Part shown: in pieces, positions 56,677 through 64,000 of the stretch
How positions within the stretch are numbered: position 1 is the first letter of the stretch
How the letters are laid out: each line of letters starts with the position of its first letter
DNA from: Planctomycetota bacterium
Lineage (GTDB): Bacteria; Planctomycetota; PUPC01; DSUN01
Length of the DNA stretch: 64,000 nt
Assembly (NCBI GenBank): GCA_035384565.1
Contig: DAOOIT010000002.1
Location: 8,579-72,578 of the forward strand
Reading direction: 5' to 3'
Translations under genes and position numbers: made by a program
Notes under the pieces: generated by a model
The model's database searches: none
What the model was told of the DNA's origin: nothing
What the model saw: the letters and a program-made list of their open reading frames with translations, nothing else

Positions 56677-59600
56677 GTGAACCCGATGGGGCGAACCCTG
56701 GTGTGTGGCCTGGCTTTCCTGCTGTGCGCGGCGGCCCAGGCCGGCAGCCTGGCGGATACGCCGACGCAGTACCTGATCCGCAAGCCGCCGAAGCCCGTGG
56801 TGATTGACGGCAGGCTGGACGAGTGGGACCTGGCGGCCTCGCCCTACGTCATCAGCCCGACGAGCAAGGACCCGCTCTCCAGCATCCACGCCAACGAGCC
56901 GACGAATCCGCCGAAGGGCGATGCCGACATCAGCGGCCGGGCCGCTCTCGCCTGGGACGAGCAGTGTCTCTACGTGGCCGGCCAGATGGTGGACGACCAT
57001 CTCGTGGGCATCAAGCCCGACAGCGCCGGCAACCAGGGGCCGCCCGGCTGGGGCTGCGACAGCCTGATGCTGCTCGTCCACTCCTTCCGCCAGCCGATGA
57101 AGACCAACTCGCCCTACAGCAAGACCCCCTTCCTCGGTCTCCGCTACGCGCCCACCGGCCCGAATCCGCGCGGGAGGCTGCTGCCCGACGCCGCGGCCCT
57201 CGACAAGCGCGACGCCTATTGGGTGCTCACCGAGAACTCGAAGTGGGCCTGCACCGAGACGCCCCAGGGCTACAACGTCGAGGCGGCCATCCCGTGGAAG
57301 GACCTCGCCTTCGCGCCGCGGCCCGGCGAGAGGCTCTTCATGGCATTCCTCGCCGCCGACATTGATCCCGATGAGGCCCTCAACCAGGTCGGCTGGGGCT
57401 TCCACGGCGAGCCGAAGGACTGCCCGATCTTCCGCCTCGTGGAGCAGGACGACGCCCTCGGCCTCCTCACCCTCTCGATGGACGATGTGCCCTCCAACAA
57501 GGGGCTGGCCGTTCGCGCCGAGCTGGACGCCCTGAAGGACGGTGTTCGCATCGAGGCCATCGTCGTGCGGAACGCCCAGGACAAGGTGGTGCAGGAGGCG
57601 AAGGCACCCCTGGATGTGCCGAAGGGCAAGACCGGCCAGGCACTCGTCGAGCTTTCGCCCATCGCCGAACCGGGCGGCTATCTTGCAGAGCTGGTGGCGC
57701 GGACGCCGCGGGGCGGGGTCGTCGCCGCGAGGGAGCCGTTCTGTGTCGTCGCGCCCGAGAGCGTTAACCTCCCGCAGGTTTCGAAACCTGCGGGAGGTTT
57801 CCCGGGCGAAATTCATCACATGCCGCCCGACCGCATCGCGCACAACGCCTGGAGCGCCCACCGCACCGGCTTCTACAAGCACGGCTACGTCAAGGGCAAG
57901 GAGGACTACGTGCCCTGGCTCCGCAAGTACGTCGAGCCCGGCCTCAAAGGGCGGGCGCAGCAGTACGCCAAAGGCGGCAACCCCTGGGCCTACCGCGAAG
58001 CCTTCCAGTGCCTGGCCATGCACCGTCTCACTGCCGACCCCGAATATGCCGCCCTCGCCCGCGACGTGATGGACGCCATGCTCAAGATCGAGGAAGAGAA
58101 GGGGATGGGCTGGTTCCAGTTCACCAGCACCGCCATGTACCGCTACCTCACGTGGCTGAAGGACCCGAAGAGCCCCTTCGCCCCGCCCGACGCCGAGAAG
58201 CGCTATCGGGCGATTCTGCTCAAGGTCGCCGCACAGCCCGAACCGCACCTTTTCAACGAATCGGGCACCCACAATCGCGTGTGGCACCGCTATTCGATTC
58301 AGAAGGCCGCCCGCCAGGTGGCCGAGGCCGACGGCAAGCCGATTGACCCGCGCATCATCGAATACACCAACTACCACGACAAGCTGATCGGCGCGGTGGG
58401 CGACGACGACGACAACTCGGCGGGCTATCACTGGGTCTTCTTCGATGCCGCCGCCGCGCTCTACTTCCACACGGGCGACTGGGGGGCGTTTGCCCAGCAC
58501 AAGGGCTTCCGCCGCACCCTCGCCCGCTACGTTGAAATGGTCGCCCCCAGCGGCGCCTGCGTCCCCTTCGGCTCCGGCTCCGGCTGGCCCGAGGTCGGCC
58601 ACTCGATGTGGGCCTACGAGTGGATGTCCAACATCACCCGCGACGGCCGCTTCCGCTGGACCAGCCACCGCATCGCCGAGTACTTCTATAATCACATGGA
58701 TTACCGCGCGAACCAGTACCACCTGCCGTTTGACAACGCCCGCGACAACTTCGTCCTCGCCTACCTCTTCGCCGACGATGCGGTGCAGCCGGCCCCGCCC
58801 TCGGGCCAGAGCCGCATCACCTGGCGCCACCCGATGGCCAGGGTGCCGCTCGAGGAGTTGAAGGCCCGGCCCGGCCTGTGGCACCTGCGGATGGACGGCT
58901 CGCAGTGGGTGCCCGACAAGCTGGTGCTCGCCAGCGGCGCCCAGGCGCAGGACCTCTGGGGCCTCGTGGAGCTGTTGCCCCACGGCGGCCACTGCGGCGA
59001 GCTGCCAGGCAACCTCACCAACCTGATGATCCACGACGGCGCGCTCCTCGCCGGCAACGGCTACTACGAGCTGACGCCCGACTTCAATAACATTCTGTGG
59101 GTGGAAGACCTGGACGGCCTGGCCGCCGACCCGCGGCCCATGACCACCGAGGTGCCGGTCTTCGTGGAAGACCCCGCCTTCACCTTCGCCCGCATCAGGA
59201 CCACCGCCTACCAGCACCTGCCGCTCACCTACACCCGCGACATCCTGTTCGTCAAGAACGGCTTCATCGTGGTGAAGGACCGCGTGGAGTTCGGGGCGAC
59301 GATGAAGGTGCGGCTCGGCCCCTGCTACCAGACCCGCAGCCTCGGCCCCGAGTGCGGCGAGAACTGGTTCAACGCCTGGTTCGACCAGCTCTACTACACC
59401 GGCCTCGGCCTCGGACGCGGCGTCCAGGCCATCCGCAATCCCTCTTGGGACCTCCTGGTCTACTTCACGCCGCGTGCCGACCGCACGCACACGGTGCAGG
59501 ACAAGACGATGGAGAACGTGTGGCGGAACGCCCCCGTGCAGTTGCGGCAGGTGTGGTCGGGCATGGCCAGGGCGGGGCAGACGCTCACGTTCACCAGCAT

Positions 59601-59961
59601 CCTCCTGCCGCACGTCCCCTCCATGACCCCGAGCGAGTTCCTCAAGGACCAGAAGCGCATCGAAGTAGCGCACGATGATGACGACCTGACCGTGCTCAAG
59701 GCCACAAGCGAGATGGACCCGATGAACAAGCTCCGCAGTGACACGTGGGTGATGCTCAACACCACGGGCAAGCCCGCCTCCGCCGGCCCGCTGGCGAGCG
59801 ATGGCATGCTCGCCGTCATCGGCCACGACCACATTGGGCAGATTCAGTCCCGCGTCGTCGTTGGCGGCAAGTCGCTCACCTATCGCGGCGCCGACGAATC
59901 GCCCAAGGCCCGCACGCACGAGGCCAAGCCCGCCCAACTTCCCCAGGAACTCCTCGAGTGA
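56677..59961 (+). CDS. Large secreted protein with N-terminal CBM9-like domain and C-terminal lyase/hydrolase-like region (heparinase II/III-like, tentative)
   Basis: Signal MGRTLVCGLAFLLCAAAQA; VIDGRLDEWDLAASPYVISP...GYNVEAAIPWKDLAF is CBM9-like; the rest (about 900 aa) has no firm family call. Contains the in-CDS palindrome at 57766-57799. Confidence 0.6.
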   Translation: MNPMGRTLVCGLAFLLCAAAQAGSLADTPTQYLIRKPPKPVVIDGRLDEWDLAASPYVISPTSKDPLSSIHANEPTNPPKGDADISGRAALAWDEQCLYVAGQMVDDHLVGIKPDSAGNQGPPGWGCDSLMLLVHSFRQPMKTNSPYSKTPFLGLRYAPTGPNPRGRLLPDAAALDKRDAYWVLTENSKWACTETPQGYNVEAAIPWKDLAFAPRPGERLFMAFLAADIDPDEALNQVGWGFHGEPKDCPIFRLVEQDDALGLLTLSMDDVPSNKGLAVRAELDALKDGVRIEAIVVRNAQDKVVQEAKAPLDVPKGKTGQALVELSPIAEPGGYLAELVARTPRGGVVAAREPFCVVAPESVNLPQVSKPAGGFPGEIHHMPPDRIAHNAWSAHRTGFYKHGYVKGKEDYVPWLRKYVEPGLKGRAQQYAKGGNPWAYREAFQCLAMHRLTADPEYAALARDVMDAMLKIEEEKGMGWFQFTSTAMYRYLTWLKDPKSPFAPPDAEKRYRAILLKVAAQPEPHLFNESGTHNRVWHRYSIQKAARQVAEADGKPIDPRIIEYTNYHDKLIGAVGDDDDNSAGYHWVFFDAAAALYFHTGDWGAFAQHKGFRRTLARYVEMVAPSGACVPFGSGSGWPEVGHSMWAYEWMSNITRDGRFRWTSHRIAEYFYNHMDYRANQYHLPFDNARDNFVLAYLFADDAVQPAPPSGQSRITWRHPMARVPLEELKARPGLWHLRMDGSQWVPDKLVLASGAQAQDLWGLVELLPHGGHCGELPGNLTNLMIHDGALLAGNGYYELTPDFNNILWVEDLDGLAADPRPMTTEVPVFVEDPAFTFARIRTTAYQHLPLTYTRDILFVKNGFIVVKDRVEFGATMKVRLGPCYQTRSLGPECGENWFNAWFDQLYYTGLGLGRGVQAIRNPSWDLLVYFTPRADRTHTVQDKTMENVWRNAPVQLRQVWSGMARAGQTLTFTSILLPHVPSMTPSEFLKDQKRIEVAHDDDDLTVLKATSEMDPMNKLRSDTWVMLNTTGKPASAGPLASDGMLAVIGHDHIGQIQSRVVVGGKSLTYRGADESPKARTHEAKPAQLPQELLE
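57766..57799. repeat. Perfect 34-bp palindrome aacctcccgcaggtt-tcga-aacctgcgggaggtt inside the CDS (copy 2 of the element at 31935-31967)
   Basis: The exact reverse complement of itself; arms differ from copy 1 by one compensated position (G/A); encodes ...NLPQVSKPAGGF... in frame. Confidence 0.6.
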
Positions 59962-62393
59962 GCGCATTTGTAGTGCGGGCTTCAGCCCGTATCTTGCTTC
60001 TCGCTTCCACGGCGCTGGCTTACGAGGCTCCGCTGGCCGGCGACGCTGCGACGCTGTTGGATTGGCGCTGGCTTGCGAGGCCGCTGGTGGGGCAAAGGGT
60101 GGTGAGCAACGACCCCTGGGGCAAGCGGAAGCTGGAGCCGACCGAAGGCGGCTTCGTCGCCCTCGACGTCCCCGGGCCTGGAGTGCTCGATCATCTGTGG
60201 ACGCCATCGTCGGCCGGCGCCCTTCCCATCGTCGAGGCAGACGGCAAACGGCAGGAGCACCCGCCCGAGCCGTTGGCCTTCGAGGGCGGCGGGATGCGGC
60301 ATCTCGTCGCGCCCATCGGCTTCCAGAATCGGTTGCGGGTCATTGCGGGCAAGCCGCAATACGCGCACTTCGCCAGCTACCGCGTGTTCCCCAAGGGCAC
60401 GCCGGTGGCCGTGCCTGATGCCGAGAAGCTGAGGGCGGCAGCCGAAGCCTGGAAGATGGGCGGCTTCGGCCTGCACGAGGGCAAGCCATTCACAGAGCGC
60501 CCATTCGTGCTGCCTGCCCATGGCCGCGTCGTAGCGTTTGAGCAAGAGGGGAGCGGGGAGGTCGTTGCCCTTGAGTTCCACATGAACCCCGCTCTGACCG
60601 GCACGCTGCGGGAGGTCGTGGCCGAGTTCACCTGTGATGGGGCGATGGCTCCGTCGCTGCGCATGCCGTTGACCGACCTCGCCGGCGTGCCGCACCCGTG
60701 GCCGACCGGGCGCTGGGACCGCTATAACGGCGACCTGGCGGCCGGCCTGCGGTACCCGTGGTATCTGAACGCGCCGCGCGTCCATTTCCCCCAGGCCACG
60801 GTGCACTTCAACCTTCCCATTCCCTTCGCGCGCGGCTTGCGGATCGAACTGGTCAACCGCTCCAGCCTCACGCAGTTCGTGGGGCACACGCGGGCGGCCG
60901 TGCTGCCTCTGAGCGAGGACGAAGCGGCCCGCTGCGGGCGGCTGTGTGGCACGCGGCTCATCGCGCCCATTCGCCCCGCTGCCGAGCCCCAGCCCCTCGT
61001 CGCGTTGCCAGGGCCGGGCCAGGTCGTGGGCCTTGGGCTGTTCCTCACCGGCAACGCCTTCTGGCCGCCGGCCGTGCACGAGAGCTTTGTGTCGCTCGCG
61101 GCGGATGGCCGCGAGCCGGTCGTCGGCCATGGGTTGCTGCCCCTGTGGTTCCAGGGCATCTACGGCGGGCCGATCACCGGGCTGCCGCTCTGGAACCATC
61201 CGCGGCTGGAAGAAGGCTATGCAGGCGTGATGCGCCACTTCCTCACCGACCCCATTCTGTTCGAGCGCGAGGCCGTGTTCGGCTTCACGCCTGGGCCGAA
61301 GGCCGAGGGCGCGCCCACAAGCGGCACCGTGCTCGCCCTCTGGTATCGCTTCGGCCCGAAGCCCTACGAGGCGCCCGCGCTGCCCGACAGGGCGGAGCCG
61401 CTTCCACACTCCGTCTACCCCGACGAGGCTCCGCCGCCGACCTGGGCGGCGGAGGCCGAGGACCTCGCCCCAATGGCCACGGCCCACGAGACCGAGCTGC
61501 GCGTGGTGGAGGACACGGACCACAACTACCACCCGAACGGCGGGAAGTATCTGCACATCGTGGCCGACAGGCCGGGCGGTTACGTGGACTTTGCGGTGCG
61601 GTTGCCCGCCAGCCGCTACGTCGCCATCGGCGTCTACCCGCTCTGGGGGCCGGGGCGCGGGACGTTCGAGCTGGACCTCCTCTCGCGCGCGGAGGCGCGG
61701 GAGGGGCCGAGCTTTCCCCAGACCGATGCCTTCATTCAGGGGCGCATCCTCGGATCGGTGCCCGTGAAGGCGCCGGTGTTCACTGGCAACGCGCTCGACC
61801 TCCGCCGCGACCCCGGCTGCCACCGCACCCCGCCCATCCTCAATCCCGCTCCTGACCAGCAGGGTGTCCTCCGCCTGGTCTGCCAGGGAAAGCCGCTCGA
61901 CAGCAACAGCCATCTGCTCAAGCTCGACCGCCTCCGCTGCGACACCCCGCCGCCGACGGCCCCTGGGTGGCACGAGTTCGAGGAGCTGCCGATGCCCGCC
62001 ACCTCGGGCGGCCTCGTGGCCGCCGTGCCGAAGTACGGGCGGTTCGAGTGGTCGGGCTGGGGCGCCCTGCTCCTCGAGTCGCCCCCCGGCGGCAAGGCGG
62101 CGATGGTGGCGCTCGCGCCCACGGGCCCCGCTCGCCCGAGGGCGATCACGCTCAAGGGCTGCCTGGGGCCCGAGCAGGGGCGCTGGGCCGCGCGGGCCTG
62201 GGGGGAGGCGGCGGCCGCCGTCGAGCTCTCCCCGGGCAAGGATGCGGCCACCGTGGTCTCCTGGACCCTGCCCGCGGGCGCCCTGAGGCTGCCTGCCCCT
62301 GTCATCCTGGAGCTGACTTGCCTGGCGGCGGGGAAGGGGCAGGAGCGGGAGGCGAAGGCGCAGTTGGTTCTCGACGCCTGGGAGATGCCATAG
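59958..62393 (+). CDS. Large secreted hypothetical protein (about 810 aa)
   Basis: GTG start at 59958 overlapping the TGA of the upstream gene (GTGA); hydrophobic N-terminus VSAFVVRASARILLLASTALA; long clean ORF; no family recognised. Confidence 0.55.
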   Translation: MSAFVVRASARILLLASTALAYEAPLAGDAATLLDWRWLARPLVGQRVVSNDPWGKRKLEPTEGGFVALDVPGPGVLDHLWTPSSAGALPIVEADGKRQEHPPEPLAFEGGGMRHLVAPIGFQNRLRVIAGKPQYAHFASYRVFPKGTPVAVPDAEKLRAAAEAWKMGGFGLHEGKPFTERPFVLPAHGRVVAFEQEGSGEVVALEFHMNPALTGTLREVVAEFTCDGAMAPSLRMPLTDLAGVPHPWPTGRWDRYNGDLAAGLRYPWYLNAPRVHFPQATVHFNLPIPFARGLRIELVNRSSLTQFVGHTRAAVLPLSEDEAARCGRLCGTRLIAPIRPAAEPQPLVALPGPGQVVGLGLFLTGNAFWPPAVHESFVSLAADGREPVVGHGLLPLWFQGIYGGPITGLPLWNHPRLEEGYAGVMRHFLTDPILFEREAVFGFTPGPKAEGAPTSGTVLALWYRFGPKPYEAPALPDRAEPLPHSVYPDEAPPPTWAAEAEDLAPMATAHETELRVVEDTDHNYHPNGGKYLHIVADRPGGYVDFAVRLPASRYVAIGVYPLWGPGRGTFELDLLSRAEAREGPSFPQTDAFIQGRILGSVPVKAPVFTGNALDLRRDPGCHRTPPILNPAPDQQGVLRLVCQGKPLDSNSHLLKLDRLRCDTPPPTAPGWHEFEELPMPATSGGLVAAVPKYGRFEWSGWGALLLESPPGGKAAMVALAPTGPARPRAITLKGCLGPEQGRWAARAWGEAAAAVELSPGKDAATVVSWTLPAGALRLPAPVILELTCLAAGKGQEREAKAQLVLDAWEMP

Positions 62394-62505
62394 AGGCTGC
62401 CTGTGCGGACCGGGCCGAACCCCCTCGGGCGGCGTGCAGGGCCGCGCCCCCTGCGCGGCGCGGTGGCGCGGCGCCGGGTCGGCGCGGCTGCTCTTCTTTC
62501 TGCGC

Positions 62506-63759
62506 CTATTGGCGCACCGTAATGACTCGCCCCGTCTTGCGCGCCTTCTCCGCTGCGAAGACGATGAGGTGGCTCTCGAGCGTCTCCTGCGGGCCGGACA
62601 GGACGAGGCCCGGGTCGCCCTTCGCCACGGCGGCCAGGAAGCTGTGCATCAGGCCGAAGTCGCCGCCGCCGTGGCCGCCCAGAATGCTGGGGTCGGGCGC
62701 GGTCGTGTCAATCTCCTGCGTGCGGTCGGTGAGGAAGTCGTAGTGGGTGAGCCTCGAGCCGTCGCCGTGGATTTCGCCGCGGGTGCCGAACAGGCGCGTG
62801 CGGCGGTTGCCGCCGCGGTTGAAGGCGGTCATGGTGAACGTGGCCGTGCGGCCGCCCGCGAACTCCATCGAGACGACCTGGTGGTCCACCACGTCGTTGT
62901 CGCAGGCGTAGACGCAGCGGCCGTAGGGGCCGGTGCGGAGGGCGTCGAGCACGCTCTCGCGCGTGGGCTGGGGCGTCAGCACGTCGAGCGGCCAGCCGAG
63001 GTGGCCGCGTTCGAGGCGGTCGCGGACGTAGATCTTCAGTGCGGAATAGGGGCAGGCGGCCTCCACGGGGCAGTCGAGGCAGCGGGCCGTGGCGCCCCGG
63101 GGCGCCTCCTCCTTGCGGAAGTGCTTGAGCGTGCCGAACGAGGCCACGCGGCAGCAGGGCACGCCCATCATGTAGCGAATCCAATCGAGGTCGTGGCACG
63201 ACTTGGCCAGTAGCATGGGCGAGGACAGGGCGGAGTTGCGCCAGTTGCCGCGCACGAACGAGTGGGCCTGGTGCCAGTAGCCGACCGGCTCGAGGTGCTG
63301 AAGGCTCACGAGGTCGCCCACCGCGCCCGCGTCGAGCAGGGCCTTGAGCTTCTGCGTGTAACGCGTGTAGCGCATCACGTGGCCCACGGCGAACACGACC
63401 CCCGCCTTCGTCACCGCCGCCACGATGCGGCGGCAGTCGCGCTCGCTCGGCGCCATCGGCTTCTCGAGCAGGATGTGGTAGCCCTTGCGGGCCAGCGCGA
63501 TGGCGGGGCCGGCGTGCATGTCGTCCTGCGTGGCCACCACGGCCGCGTCGGCGAAGCGCTTGCGGCGGGCCAGCGCCCGCCAGTCGGTGAACACGTGCTG
63601 CTTCGGAATGTCGTGAACGCGCGCGAGGTTCTCGCGGTAGTAGTCGCGCGGCTCGGCCACGCCGACCACCTTCGCCTCGTCCGGGTACTTCGCGGCGTAC
63701 GACGCATAGCCGGTGCCTCGGCCGCCGGCTCCCACGATCACCAGGGTCACGGGGGGCAT
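62506..63759 (-). CDS. Gfo/Idh/MocA-family oxidoreductase (cytoplasmic type, no signal peptide)
   Basis: Start MPPVTLVIVGAGGRGTGYA (Rossmann), ...LLEKPMAPSERDCRRIV...; about 418 aa. Confidence 0.8.
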   Translation of the reverse strand: MPPVTLVIVGAGGRGTGYASYAAKYPDEAKVVGVAEPRDYYRENLARVHDIPKQHVFTDWRALARRKRFADAAVVATQDDMHAGPAIALARKGYHILLEKPMAPSERDCRRIVAAVTKAGVVFAVGHVMRYTRYTQKLKALLDAGAVGDLVSLQHLEPVGYWHQAHSFVRGNWRNSALSSPMLLAKSCHDLDWIRYMMGVPCCRVASFGTLKHFRKEEAPRGATARCLDCPVEAACPYSALKIYVRDRLERGHLGWPLDVLTPQPTRESVLDALRTGPYGRCVYACDNDVVDHQVVSMEFAGGRTATFTMTAFNRGGNRRTRLFGTRGEIHGDGSRLTHYDFLTDRTQEIDTTAPDPSILGGHGGGDFGLMHSFLAAVAKGDPGLVLSGPQETLESHLIVFAAEKARKTGRVITVRQ

Positions 63760-63889
63760 AGGCTCTCCTTTCCGCGGGGTCCGCTGCGCACGCAGCCTAT
63801 CATACGTCTCGGTTCCCTGCAATACGGAGACGCTGGGCCACTTGCTTGTCTGGGCTTGCCTGGCTAGGATGGGGGCGAAAGGAGCGTGC

Positions 63890-64000
63890 CATGCAGATGA
63901 GAGTGTGTGCGCTGCTCAGCCTGATCGCCCCATGCGTGTTCGCTGCCGAGGAGGCCCCGATGAAGCCCAGGCTCGACCCGCCCGATGCCTTGCCCCCCGC
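63890..64000 (+). CDS. 5' end of a secreted-protein gene (partial, runs off the window end)
   Basis: ATG 63890: MQMRVCALLSLIAPCVFAAEEAPMKPRLDPPDALPP is a signal-peptide-like start; it is open at the window end. Confidence 0.35.

Noticed and set aside
56533-61973. 1224-aa and 663-aa minus ORFs antisense to the two large secreted-protein genes
   Set aside because: Extremely Gly/Arg/Val/Ala-rich, typical high-GC antisense open frames; the plus frames carry a signal peptide and CBM9 motifs.
62394-62505. Possible bidirectional terminator between convergent genes
   Set aside because: GC-rich with several short imperfect inverted repeats (gcgcggcgcggtggcgcggcgcc), but no single clean stem-loop or U-tract could be defined.
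62434-63213. 259-aa plus ORF antisense to the third Gfo/Idh/MocA gene
   Set aside because: Shadow ORF; the Rossmann GAGGRG motif and oxidoreductase fold are on the minus strand.

Overview
This is a high-GC (~65-68%) bacterial window with two functional blocks, a tRNA-Leu(CAA) and several palindromic non-coding elements. I found no CRISPR arrays, rRNA, or recognisable IS/transposase genes.

Block 1 (about 1..31241, all on the minus strand) is one roughly 30 kb, tightly packed glycan-assembly gene cluster; many adjacent genes overlap by 4 nt (ATGA/GTGA). Reading in the direction of transcription it contains:
- a NusG/RfaH-like paralog at the head
- a WecA/MraY-family polyprenyl-phosphate HexNAc-1-P transferase
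- Wzm and Wzt ABC exporter genes, the Wzt carrying a C-terminal carbohydrate-binding extension
- six class-I/FkbM methyltransferases
- about ten GT2/GT4/GT26 glycosyltransferases
- PIG-L-type and YdjC-type deacetylases
- an AsnB-like amidotransferase
- an SDR epimerase
- a DPM1-like GT2 plus two GT-C (ArnT/PMT-like) membrane glycosyltransferases
- a Wzy_C (O-antigen ligase/PglL-like) protein
- a partial fucokinase-domain gene that runs off the window edge

Block 2 (32266..64000, mixed strands) looks like a carbohydrate-utilisation locus of secreted proteins. It contains:
- a sugar ABC importer (lipoprotein binding protein plus two permeases)
- an F5/8 type C (discoidin) protein
- a ThuA-like protein followed by two tandem twin-arginine-signal Gfo/Idh/MocA oxidoreductases (thuAB-like)
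- two PQQ beta-propeller paralogs
- a GH5 hydrolase
- a DUF4838-like protein fused to a formylglycine-generating-enzyme (FGE)/sulfatase-modifying-factor domain
- a CBM9-bearing large lyase/hydrolase-like protein
- several more large secreted hypothetical proteins
- a third Gfo/Idh/MocA oxidoreductase

Overall this resembles a Planctomycetes-Verrucomicrobia-Chlamydiae (PVC)-superphylum-like or other high-GC environmental organism; that placement is inference only. The six-frame track contains many long antisense (shadow) ORFs typical of high-GC DNA; I rejected them. All protein-family calls come from reading the translated ORFs for remembered motifs, not from database searches.
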